DNA from: Myxococcota bacterium
Lineage (GTDB): Bacteria; Myxococcota_A; Polyangia; Nannocystales; Nannocystaceae
Assembly: GCA_039028615.1 (NCBI GenBank)
Contig: JBCCHT010000011.1
Location: 32,001-96,000, forward strand
Direction: 5' to 3'
DNA: 64,000 bases
The position numbers were made by a program, and so were the translations under genes. The notes under the pieces were generated by a model. It was not told the DNA's origin and did no database searches. It saw only the letters and a list, made by a program, of their open reading frames with translations. Below are positions 27,274 to 36,847 of this stretch, one piece after another. How positions within the stretch are numbered: the stretch's first letter is position 1; every line of letters starts with the position of its first letter.

Positions 27274-30045
27274 ATGCCGCTTTCCGTTCAACGGTGTGAT
27301 CCCCATCGCGGAGGTGCCCAGGGCGGGTATTCGGTCGTCCTCACGGGCACCGGATTCGACGCCGAGACCGAGGTCTACTTCGCGGGACGACGCGCCGAGC
27401 GTCGTCGCCAGACCGCCACCCAAGTCGAGGTCCTCGTGCCCCCCTCACGCCGGGTCGGGCCGGTGGACATGATGATCCAAAACGGGTCGGGGATGACCTG
27501 GAACATGTTCCAGGGCTTCACCTACCAACCCGCCGGGCCCGTGATCACCCAGCTGGTCCCCAACGAGTGCATCGCTGGCGACGGCTCCGAGCTGGTGATC
27601 GAAGGCTCCGGTTTCGACGCGGGCGCGGCGGTGTCCGTCGGGGGCACGGTGGCGGTCTTTCAGTATGAGTCGCCGACTCGCCTGCGCGGCACGGTCCCCG
27701 ACAACGTGGTCGGCCGCTGTCGGGTAACGGTCACCAGCCGCCGTAGAGTCTCGGCCGATCAGATCTTGACCGTGAACGGGCCCGAGATTCGCGGCGGGCA
27801 GCTGGGTGAAGGGCCTACGGGCGGCAGGACTCCGGTCACCATCGAGGGCGCGAACTTCCTGCCCACCACTCGCGTCCACGTCGGCAACAACCCGGCCACG
27901 ACCCGCTTCATCGACGCCAACCGGCTGGAGATCGAGACGCCGCCAGGACAGGTCGGCGCCGCACCCATCACCGTCTTCAATGGACAGGTTCGAGTCGCGC
28001 TGCCCGGCGGGTTCGTCTATCGAGCCCCTCAGGTCGAGTCGGCCTCGCCTGCGTATGGCGTGGTGGGAGGCGGCACCGGCATTCGCATCCGAGGCGCGCA
28101 CTTCGACCGTCACCACGTGGACGTCCACGTCGGCGGCGTCCAGGCCACCGACGTGTTCATCGTCGACTCCACCGAGCTCTACGTGCGAGTTCCCCCCGGT
28201 AACGCCCCCGGCCCGGTCGATGTGACCGTGACCCAGCCCGACGGCACCGTTGGCCGCGGGGTGCAGCTTTTCACCTACGGCAACATCGCGGCGCAAGGCA
28301 CCGACGACGTCACCTTCATCATGGACGGCGAAGAGTTCTTCGCGGAGCTCGGGCACCAGATGGCTGCGGTCGCCGCTGCGCCCCCCAACCCCGACACCTA
28401 CGTGCGCCTGGCCTTCTGGAAGATCATTCCCGACATGCCCCTGGCCGATCGCAACGGCTTCGACAACCCCGCGAACACCTTCGTCGAGCGGGTCGGCGAC
28501 GTGATCATGGCGGGCCACGACGTCGATACCATCGTCTGGTACCCCAACTTGAAGGACCGCGGCGGCGACACGGGGAAGCAGCACGCCCGTATTCATCGCG
28601 AGCTGGCCGATGCCATCGCCGCGAAAGACCGCACCGCGGCCGCAGCCGCCACCAGGACGCCAGCCCCGAACCCGCTGCCGGGTCGAGCCCGCGTCTTCCT
28701 CGAGCGCTACGAAGGCTACGTCGGCTCCAGCAACCACCAGAAGATCGCCATCTTCTCCATCGCCGGGCAGCGCACCGTGTACATCGGTGGTTTCAACATC
28801 GACACCAAGTACTGGGACAGCGACGACCACCAGCGTCACGCCAACAACCCCGCGCTGGCCTCGGGCTGGCACGACACCGCCGTCCGCATCCAAGGGCCCG
28901 CCACCGACGACATCGAGGCCGAGTGGATGCGCCGATGGAATCGGGCCGTGGAGATGCAGGCCTCGCTCCTGTCCTTCAACAACCTGCAAAAACAGGTGCG
29001 CTCGCGCTACGTCGGCGTGGGCAAGCGCGCCACCCTCCGCGCCGCTGCCGTGGCGATCCGAGCCAACAACACCGCACAGGCCGCCCCCAACCCGACCACG
29101 GCCGCCGACATCCAGCTCACGCGCTCGACCGCCACGGGCCGATACCGACGGCTCCGCGACGCCCTGCTCGACCGCATCGACGCCGCGCGCCACTACATCT
29201 ACCTCGAGAACTGCCAGCTCTCCGACCCGGAGATCGTGCAGGCGCTGTACGAAGCCATGGAAGACCACCCTGGCCTGCGGGTCATCGTGGTGACCAACTT
29301 GCTGGACAAGGGCGAGGGCTTCATGACGCGACGCTCCTGGCTGCAGCTGGCCCTGCGCTGCCGGACCTGCCCTCCTCGCGAGATCACCTACCTATCCAAG
29401 AAGAAGAAGGACGGCGACGACCCGCTGGAACGCACTCTCCGCCGCCAGGACACCGAGACCTGGAACGTCATCGACTCCTACACGCCATCGACGGGCGCCA
29501 GCATCAAGCCCAAGCAACGATGGCTGCTGGACGATGGCCTCGAGGTCGACAAGACCGACGACGACGGCACCAAGATCATCCCCTTCGAGAACATCACCAG
29601 CGTCGACACCGACTTCCACTTCTATCAGCCCGTGCGATATCGGAACGGGGGGACGACCCGCGTCATGGTGCACTCCAAGCTGGCGATTATCGACGACGAG
29701 TACCTCATCGTCGGCTCGGCCAACTGGACCTATCGCAGCATGCAGTACGACGGCGAGATTGCGGCGTTCACCCACTGTCCCGTCGGCAACGCCCCCACCT
29801 TCGTCACCGCCGCCCGTGATCGGATTCTCGCCCACTACGACGAAGGCTCACCGCTCTACCTCGATCGCGACGGGGACAACTTCGCCGCGATCGCCGTGGA
29901 GAACCTCGAGGGCATCTTTGGGGAGTGGGCGATTCCGCAGAATAGCCACGTGTTCATGCCGATCTTTCACGACGACCTCGACTACACCGAGCGGTATCGG
30001 TCTCCGCCCGATCGGATGGATTGCCCGAGCTATCAGTGGATCTGA
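27274..30045 (+). CDS. IPT/TIG-repeat (x4) phospholipase D family protein
   Basis: Four P..G...GG..V.I.G..F units; PLD motifs DGEEFF, HQKIAIFS, WHD.AVRIQGPA, YIYLEN, HSKLAIIDD...GSAN...RSM..DGE. Confidence 0.88.
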   Translation: MPLSVQRCDPHRGGAQGGYSVVLTGTGFDAETEVYFAGRRAERRRQTATQVEVLVPPSRRVGPVDMMIQNGSGMTWNMFQGFTYQPAGPVITQLVPNECIAGDGSELVIEGSGFDAGAAVSVGGTVAVFQYESPTRLRGTVPDNVVGRCRVTVTSRRRVSADQILTVNGPEIRGGQLGEGPTGGRTPVTIEGANFLPTTRVHVGNNPATTRFIDANRLEIETPPGQVGAAPITVFNGQVRVALPGGFVYRAPQVESASPAYGVVGGGTGIRIRGAHFDRHHVDVHVGGVQATDVFIVDSTELYVRVPPGNAPGPVDVTVTQPDGTVGRGVQLFTYGNIAAQGTDDVTFIMDGEEFFAELGHQMAAVAAAPPNPDTYVRLAFWKIIPDMPLADRNGFDNPANTFVERVGDVIMAGHDVDTIVWYPNLKDRGGDTGKQHARIHRELADAIAAKDRTAAAAATRTPAPNPLPGRARVFLERYEGYVGSSNHQKIAIFSIAGQRTVYIGGFNIDTKYWDSDDHQRHANNPALASGWHDTAVRIQGPATDDIEAEWMRRWNRAVEMQASLLSFNNLQKQVRSRYVGVGKRATLRAAAVAIRANNTAQAAPNPTTAADIQLTRSTATGRYRRLRDALLDRIDAARHYIYLENCQLSDPEIVQALYEAMEDHPGLRVIVVTNLLDKGEGFMTRRSWLQLALRCRTCPPREITYLSKKKKDGDDPLERTLRRQDTETWNVIDSYTPSTGASIKPKQRWLLDDGLEVDKTDDDGTKIIPFENITSVDTDFHFYQPVRYRNGGTTRVMVHSKLAIIDDEYLIVGSANWTYRSMQYDGEIAAFTHCPVGNAPTFVTAARDRILAHYDEGSPLYLDRDGDNFAAIAVENLEGIFGEWAIPQNSHVFMPIFHDDLDYTERYRSPPDRMDCPSYQWI

Positions 30046-30077
30046 GCGCGAGCCGACGAACGCACGTACACGCCGAG

Positions 30078-32018
30078 CTAGAACAACGGGACGTCGCCCG
30101 CCGACGCCGGATCCTCGTCGTCGCCGAGGTTTCCGAAGCTCGGATTGAGGCCGTAGCCCAAGGCCGCCGTGCCCCACCCCCAGCACCGGAGGTTCCCCGC
30201 GGACGTAATCGCACAGCTGCCGTGATCCTTCGATGATAGGCCGATGATGTCGGCACCGATGTCGACGTTGGGCACGCTCGACGCCAGCTCGTCGTCACCG
30301 ACGTCGCCGAGCCCGGGCAGGCCGATGCGCCCTTGATAGGCCTGGCCCCAGCAGCGCAAGTCGTCGTCGAGGGTGCGCACGCAGACGAAGCCCGCTCCGG
30401 CCTCGACATCCGCGACGGCAGCCCCGACCGGCACGAAGGGTACGGAGTTCGGGAGTTCGTCGTCGCCGATGTCGTCCGTGTGGCCGTGCCCCAATGCCCC
30501 CGTCGCGTTGCGGCCAAAGCAGCGCAAGTCCCCGCCCGCGAGCAAGGCACAGGTGTGAGCGTCACCGGTCGCTACGTCCAATGCAGGTCCGCCGATGTCG
30601 ACCGGACCGGCCTCGGCCGGGGTCTCGTCGTCGCCCACGAAAATGGTCTCGGGATGGCCGGTCTGGCCGCTCGTCGCCTGACCCCAACACTGCACCTGGC
30701 CATCGTCCAGCAATACACAGATGTGGCTCCCCCCCATGTGCACACTCTGCGCCGGTCCGCCCACGTCGACCTCGGGCCAGCGGGTGATGGCTTCGTCGTC
30801 GCCGAGGTCCTCGGTGAGACCGGGCAGCCCGAGGTAGTGGTTGGTGTTTTGCCCCCAGCACCGCACCGTGCCGCCCTGCAGCACGGCACAGGTCGAGCGA
30901 TTCCCCGCGGCCACGTAGATCGCAGGCGCCCCCAACGGCACGGGCTCCACGTCCATCGCGGTCTCCAGCAGCCCGCGGCGGTCGGTGTCTCCGAGGCCGA
31001 GCTGCCCGTAGTCGTTCCAGCCGAAGCAACGCAGCTCGCCGCCCGTCAGCAGCACGCAGGTGTGGCCAACCCCCACCGCGACCTGCTCGACGGTGGTCGG
31101 GAGAGGAGTGGTGCCGCGCTCGGCGGGAACGTACACGTGGGCACCATCACCGAAGCCGAGCTGGCCGTCATCGCCGTGGCCCCAACACTTGACTCGATTC
31201 GTCTCCAAGAGCGCACACGAGTGGAACACGCCGTTGGCGACGGCGACCACGGGCGCGGGTACGGTGCAGTACGCCCCGCAGCCGTCGCCGGGATCGAGGT
31301 TGCCGTCCTCGCAGTCCTCCGACGGCGTGTGGTGATAGCCGTCGCCACACTCGTTGAGCTCGCAGTCGGTGCGGCACGGTGACAGCCCATCCCCGTTGGC
31401 GCCGCCGTCGTCACACGCCTCGGCCTCCTGATGGTAGCCGTCGCCACACACGTTGAGGGTGCATGCGGAGGTGCACTCCGAAAACCCGTTGCCGTTGTCC
31501 TCGCCGTCGTCGCAGGCCTCGTCACTCGTGAGCACGTAGCCGTCGCCGCATACATTGAGGCCGCAGTCCTCCCGGCACGTCGAGGTGCCGTCGCCGTTCG
31601 ACGCCCCCTCGTCGCACTCCTCGACGCCGGTCATCACCCGCCCGTCGCCGCAGGTGCCGAGCGTGCAATCGGCCAGGCATGCTCCAGAGTCCCCGTTGTT
31701 CGCTCCCTCGTCGCACTCCTCGATCCCCGCGAGCTCGTGGCCGTCGCCACACACGTTGAGCCGGCAGTCCGAAGTGCACTCCGCGAAGTCGTCGTTGAAG
31801 GGGCCTTCGTCACACTCCTCACCCAGATCGACCACCAGGTTGCCGCACAGCAAAGGGGTGCCGTCGTCCGATGAATCCGGCTCGCTCGCGTTGCCCGAGG
31901 TGCTCGCGTCCCCCGTCCCTGTTCCCGCGCTCGTGGTGCCCGTGCTGACGGGGGTTGTGGGATCGGTGCAGCCAACGACGAGGAGGAACGACGGAATCAG
32001 CCGTGATGCGACTCGCAC
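30078..32018 (-). CDS. Lipoprotein with six myxococcal Cys-rich repeats (DUF4215-like) and ~7 RCC1-like repeats
   Basis: LLVVGC lipobox; CGDG....E.CD.G repeats; H.C.L...G...CWG repeats. Confidence 0.85.
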   Translation of the reverse strand: MRVASRLIPSFLLVVGCTDPTTPVSTGTTSAGTGTGDASTSGNASEPDSSDDGTPLLCGNLVVDLGEECDEGPFNDDFAECTSDCRLNVCGDGHELAGIEECDEGANNGDSGACLADCTLGTCGDGRVMTGVEECDEGASNGDGTSTCREDCGLNVCGDGYVLTSDEACDDGEDNGNGFSECTSACTLNVCGDGYHQEAEACDDGGANGDGLSPCRTDCELNECGDGYHHTPSEDCEDGNLDPGDGCGAYCTVPAPVVAVANGVFHSCALLETNRVKCWGHGDDGQLGFGDGAHVYVPAERGTTPLPTTVEQVAVGVGHTCVLLTGGELRCFGWNDYGQLGLGDTDRRGLLETAMDVEPVPLGAPAIYVAAGNRSTCAVLQGGTVRCWGQNTNHYLGLPGLTEDLGDDEAITRWPEVDVGGPAQSVHMGGSHICVLLDDGQVQCWGQATSGQTGHPETIFVGDDETPAEAGPVDIGGPALDVATGDAHTCALLAGGDLRCFGRNATGALGHGHTDDIGDDELPNSVPFVPVGAAVADVEAGAGFVCVRTLDDDLRCWGQAYQGRIGLPGLGDVGDDELASSVPNVDIGADIIGLSSKDHGSCAITSAGNLRCWGWGTAALGYGLNPSFGNLGDDEDPASAGDVPLF

Positions 32019-32152
32019 GACTCCGACGATAGCAACTCGAGCCGAAGACGCAGTCGAGTGGATCACATCGAGGCTCCGGCCGCGAGGCACGAGCGAAGAC
32101 CGCCGAGTCCGCTCTGCACCGTGCTTGGTGCGTGGTTCACCAAGCGCGATCG

Positions 32153-33043
32153 CTACCGTTTCGGGCGCCGCAGCCAGCGGAGGTACGCGGGGCGCAGCGC
32201 GGGCACACACGAGGCGACCAAGTTGCCCAAGGTCAGCGGCACGTGGGTGAGCAACAGCCGAGGCTCGGTATACCGCGGGTTGATGCGCTTGAAGAACTCC
32301 ACGTGGGGATCGTGGTCGTGCGTGTGAGACATCGAGCTGCGCACGGGGTCGCGGAAAATCGCTTCATGATGAACGAGCCGGGGCTCCCCTTCGACCGGCT
32401 GCATGCCTCGCGCCTCGCTCACGGCCTGGACCAGTCGCAGCCACACGGGCGGGCACGGAAGATCGTGTCGCGGGTACATGCACGCCGCGTTGCGAGCGAG
32501 CAATCGGTAGGCGGCCGGACTCGCGCACGCCACCACGAAGTGCATGCGGAGCCACGGACGCCGAATCTTCTCCCGCAGACCACCGAGCAGCAGGTGTCGA
32601 GCGAGGCGTTCGTTGGCGCCCGAATACCCCTTGCGAGCAAAGGCGCCCGAGTCGAACACGTGATACGAGCGACCGTCGACCTCGATCCGCTGGGGACAGA
32701 ACGACGCGAAGCCTCCGAGCTCGCCTTCGGGACCGTAGAGCAACACCAGGTGGGTCTGTTCACCGCGCCACACGATCTCGTCGGCGATCGTGGCCGCGTC
32801 GAGGCCACCAAAACGCTCCTGATAGATCGAGACGAGCTTCGGCATCAACCGCTCCCATTCGGCGGCCCCGATTTGGTCGGCCCGGCGCACGACGGAGCGG
32901 CGGAATCGTTTCTTGGCGCGACGGCCCGAAGCTCGGCGTGGCTCCGAGCCCGAGCGCCCCCTTTGGGAGAGGAACGACAGCGGGCGCACCCGCTCTGAGA
33001 GAGTCGCGGGCACGAAGCTCGCCTCCATTGATCCATACGTCAT
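32153..33043 (-). CDS. Hypothetical protein, probable GNAT-like acyltransferase fold
   Basis: GELGGF...R.EVDGR...VF...AF.RKGYSG, SP.AYRLL, HVEFF.RINP.Y. Confidence 0.55.
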   Translation of the reverse strand: MTYGSMEASFVPATLSERVRPLSFLSQRGRSGSEPRRASGRRAKKRFRRSVVRRADQIGAAEWERLMPKLVSIYQERFGGLDAATIADEIVWRGEQTHLVLLYGPEGELGGFASFCPQRIEVDGRSYHVFDSGAFARKGYSGANERLARHLLLGGLREKIRRPWLRMHFVVACASPAAYRLLARNAACMYPRHDLPCPPVWLRLVQAVSEARGMQPVEGEPRLVHHEAIFRDPVRSSMSHTHDHDPHVEFFKRINPRYTEPRLLLTHVPLTLGNLVASCVPALRPAYLRWLRRPKR

Positions 33044-33245
33044 CGCTGCCTCCTCCTCGGATCGAGCCCATCAACGACGGCCGATTGGCGACGGGTCGCC
33101 ACGACCCAATCGCATGCCGTCGGGGGCCTTCATTGCCCCGCCCATCCGATTGATCCGAGTGTGTATTGGACTCAGCAAGCACGCCACTGAATTCGACAGT
33201 TTCGAGTACGAATATATGAATCGCAAAGTAACCCACTGTCACACG

Positions 33246-33276
33246 GGACGACTCGGACAGTTCGGACGATTCTGAC
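33246..33276 (+). repeat. 9-bp-period GGAC repeat array 1
   Basis: GGAC at 33246, 33255, 33264 and TGAC at 33273. Confidence 0.6.
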
Positions 33277-33423
33277 ACCGAGCGAATCGCATCATCCTCG
33301 CCGAGGTGCTCGAGTGGTGGGACGTCGAATCCGAGGCATGAACGGCGTCTCTGGTCCATCTCGCTGAAAACAGCGCGTAAGGCGGCCCTATCACCGCGAT
33401 CACGGCTCGAGCTGACCGTCCGT

Positions 33424-33458
33424 GGACACCCCGGACGGTTCGGACGGTTCGGACGAAC
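33424..33458 (+). repeat. 9-bp-period GGAC repeat array 2
   Basis: GGAC at 33424, 33433, 33442 and 33451 (GGACGGTTC twice). Confidence 0.65.
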
Positions 33459-33578
33459 ATCGAGAAAGTGGGGCGACTCGGCCCGAGCGCGAACTCGATC
33501 GACGCATGTCATCGAATCGTCGATCGATGTGTCGTCGTTGTGGCCGCGACCCGAAACCCATGCCAGTATCCGGAGCAA

Positions 33579-35039
33579 GTGGCAAAGCGCATCGACGACC
33601 TGCCCATGCCCAGTCGCCCCGTGCCGTGGCTCGGTCATGCGCCCGAGTTCCGCAAGGACCCCTTGGCCATGCTGCGTGGGTTCGCCAATCTTCGGCAGGA
33701 CCTGCTGCGGATACGGCTCTTCGGCAACGACCGCGTAGTCGTGGCCGGGCCCGCCATGGCCCACGAGGTGCTCGTGCGGCAGGCGTCCGCATTCCACAAG
33801 ACCCCCGTCGTACGGAGCGCTCTTCACCCGCTCGCGGGCGAAGGCTTGTTCACCAGCGAGGGCGAGCTATGGCGAACCCAACGCAAGCTCATGGCGCCCC
33901 TATTCCAGCCCCGAGCGCTCCGCGGCTACACGGTGGACATGGCCCGGTGCGCCGATCGATGCGTGGATGGCTGGCGGGACGGCGACTCGCTCGACCTGGC
34001 CCGAGAGACCATGAGCATCGCCATGGCCGTCGCGGGCAAGACCCTCTTCGGCGCCGACGTCTTCGGCGAGGCCGACGATCTGGGCCGGGCGCTCACCACC
34101 GCCCTGTCGTGGGTCAACGAGCGCGCCCTGTCGCCGCTGAACAACCTGCAGGTGCAGGCCCGGACCTTCGTCATGCGGCTCGCCCACCGTGCCTCCGGAG
34201 CGGGGCTCGCTTCGTTGTCCCGGAGGCTCCACCGCACCTCCGAGGCCATGATCCCGCCGCTCATCCTTCCCGGTCGAGACGCGCGATCATTGCGCTCAGC
34301 CATCGACGTCCTCGACGAACGAGTCGATCAGATGATCGCCGACCGCCGTTCCGCCCCGCACGCGAGCCCGGATCTTCTCAGCCGACTGCTCGAGGCTCGC
34401 GACGACACCGACGGCCGGACCATGACCGACAAGCAGGTGCGCGACGAGATCCTCACCTTGTTCGTCGCGGGCCACGAGACCACCGCTTCCGCGCTGGCCT
34501 GGTCCGTCTACTTGCTGCTTCGCAACCCGGCGGCCTATCGCCGCGCCCAGGCCGAGGCGGACGCCGTCACTGGCTCGAGCATCGGCTACGACGACCTTCC
34601 CTCCCTCGGGTATTGCCTCCGCGTGTTCAAGGAAGCGCTTCGCATGTACCCGCCGCTCTACGTCTTCGGGCGGCAATCCACGACGCCCGTGCAGCTGGGA
34701 GGCTACGAGTTCCCCCGCGGAACCGTGGTGGTGGTCAGCCCATACACCATGCACTACCGGGCCGACGTGTGGCCGGAGCCCGACCGCTTCGACCCCGATC
34801 GCTTCCTGCCCGACGCCGAGAAACAGCGGCCGCGAGGAGCGTACCTCCCCCTGAGCGCAGGCCCCCGCACGTGTATCGGCAACTTCTTTGCGTTGATGGA
34901 GGGCCCCATCGTGCTGGCGTCGCTGCTGCGCCGAGTGACCTTCGAGCTCGCGACGGATCGGCCGGTGGCTGCGACCGCGTTGGCAACGCTACGGCCCGAA
35001 GGCGGGCTGCCCGTGCGGGTGAAGCTGCGCGCCGCATGA
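33579..35039 (+). CDS. Cytochrome P450
   Basis: GTG start after GGAG; AGHETTA I-helix, EALR, PDRF, LSAGPRTCIG heme-Cys. Confidence 0.95.
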   Translation: MAKRIDDLPMPSRPVPWLGHAPEFRKDPLAMLRGFANLRQDLLRIRLFGNDRVVVAGPAMAHEVLVRQASAFHKTPVVRSALHPLAGEGLFTSEGELWRTQRKLMAPLFQPRALRGYTVDMARCADRCVDGWRDGDSLDLARETMSIAMAVAGKTLFGADVFGEADDLGRALTTALSWVNERALSPLNNLQVQARTFVMRLAHRASGAGLASLSRRLHRTSEAMIPPLILPGRDARSLRSAIDVLDERVDQMIADRRSAPHASPDLLSRLLEARDDTDGRTMTDKQVRDEILTLFVAGHETTASALAWSVYLLLRNPAAYRRAQAEADAVTGSSIGYDDLPSLGYCLRVFKEALRMYPPLYVFGRQSTTPVQLGGYEFPRGTVVVVSPYTMHYRADVWPEPDRFDPDRFLPDAEKQRPRGAYLPLSAGPRTCIGNFFALMEGPIVLASLLRRVTFELATDRPVAATALATLRPEGGLPVRVKLRAA

Positions 35040-35076
35040 AGCGAGTCCCGCTATGCCATCGAGGCCGATCTGGGCC

Positions 35077-35796
35077 CTAGGAGTTCGGCATGACCGCGTC
35101 GAAGCACCGGGCCGCGATGTCCTGAAACAGATTCTGTTCGCGAGGATCGGACGCGAGCTCCAGCGCATCATCGAGGGCGGACACGAACCTCGGCTCAGGC
35201 ACCACAGAGATGGCGATCGCAGCCGCGAAGCGTATCTTCGCATCCGGCGAGCGCAGGCCCTCTTCGAACAGTCGAGCCGCCTCCGGGGAGACCTTTCCCG
35301 GCGTGGCGAGGGCGACGTTGAGCAGCACCCCCGGGGAACCCAGCCCAGACTCTCTCGCGTGTGCGATGAGCTCCGAGATTTCCCAGAAGGTCATCCGTTC
35401 AGAGATGGCTTGGCCGATGTCCCAGCAGGTCTGAGCGTCGGGGCCCTTGATCTCGAGGTAGCGCGACGCCGCGGCATCATCCTGAATGACCCGCAAACGA
35501 GTATTTCGTTTTTCAGTCTCGGAGAAGGTGAAGAGTCGTCCGCCGTCGTCGCGTTCTTGGACTCCGCGGTATTGGTAACGAAGGCCGAGTCGCTCGTGAA
35601 GCGCCTCCGTCGCATGAAGAACCTCGTCGATCAATGCCTGATCCGACTGCGTCGTCCGCAGCACATGGCACATCGTCCATTCCGCGCCGAGGAAGTACTC
35701 GTCTACGGTGGGAGGCGTTTGTTTTTGATCGGTCAAGGTTCCCTCCGGTCCAACGCCGACAGGGGCAGTCCGGTCGTCGACGGACACCGCTAACAT
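35077..35796 (-). CDS. Hypothetical protein with C-terminal HEAT-like repeat (alternative start 35673)
   Basis: LRSPDAKIRFAAAIAI...L...DP; codon usage is less GC3-biased than neighbours. Confidence 0.6.
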   Translation of the reverse strand: MLAVSVDDRTAPVGVGPEGTLTDQKQTPPTVDEYFLGAEWTMCHVLRTTQSDQALIDEVLHATEALHERLGLRYQYRGVQERDDGGRLFTFSETEKRNTRLRVIQDDAAASRYLEIKGPDAQTCWDIGQAISERMTFWEISELIAHARESGLGSPGVLLNVALATPGKVSPEAARLFEEGLRSPDAKIRFAAAIAISVVPEPRFVSALDDALELASDPREQNLFQDIAARCFDAVMPNS

Positions 35797-36527
35797 CCCG
35801 CTTGGACGCAGGCAAGGTCCTGCTCATGTCGTCGCCGTCTCGAGCGATGGCTCCTCGACGCCCGCCCAGCCCACGTTGCGGTGCAGCCGTAGCGCGAAGC
35901 GAAGCTGTCCGCCGACCACGGCTCGGTGGAAGGCCTCCGCGGCCCGACCGGCCACATCCTCGGCCATGTAGTGCACCGAGGACGACGTGCGCCCATATGC
36001 ACGCTGTGCCCAAGCGAGCCCAGCAGGCGCGCCCGATGTCCGGCGCCGCGAACCTGCGTCGGATCGATCCACGGCGCGAGGAAACGCGGCTCGTTGCCGT
36101 ACTCGACGATCCCCGCGAAGTCCCAGGTCCCGATCGCGCGACCGGTCCGCCAGTGCTCGAGCAACGCGGCGGTTCGGACCTGAGCACCGAGGAACATCCG
36201 CGCCCCGATGCCCCACGTCGCGACGCCGTCGATCTGCAGGTGCACGCGTCTGGTGACCGACCCGTCCTCCCGGACATGCGCTGTCGATCGTGTGCGGAGC
36301 ACCTGCTGGCTCGCGCCCCGGTGGTTCGTTCGATCGAGCCTTTCGGCGTTGGACCAGCACCACGCCGTCGGCGTTCCGCAAGCAATCTCGAGCCCAGGAC
36401 TGAGGGAGCCTCTCAACCGAAGCCCAGGGCGATCGACACCGACCGTGCGTGTTCGGCCTCCAGACTGGAGCCAACGCTCCGTTCGTTCGTCCCTTCCGAG
36501 CGCAGACCGGGCGGTGTCTGTGCTTAG

Positions 36528-36833
36528 ATGTCGGTCGTGAAGTCCGTCCTCCCATCGCCCTTCGTCGTCGCGCTCGCGCTCGTCTCGCTGGCGGGGTGCG
36601 GCAGTCAGAGTCCCAAGACCGTCTGCGACAAGCTCTACGCGCTCGCAGCGGACGAGTTCATCGAAGAGGGAGAGGGGCCGGACGAGATGCTCTGCCTCGA
36701 GACGGTCACGGAGCTCAAAGAGGACGTCTCCAAGGAAGAGTACGAGAAGTTCGCCGCCTGCGTGCTCGAGACCGACGACTATGAGGTCGCGCGATTCGGG
36801 TGTTGGCCAGAGTCCTACACCGAGGATGACTGA
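36528..36833 (+). CDS. Small Cys-containing acidic lipoprotein
   Basis: LVSLAGC lipobox; four further Cys. Confidence 0.7.
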   Translation: MSVVKSVLPSPFVVALALVSLAGCGSQSPKTVCDKLYALAADEFIEEGEGPDEMLCLETVTELKEDVSKEEYEKFAACVLETDDYEVARFGCWPESYTEDD

Positions 36834-36847
36834 GGACCGCGGCTCGA

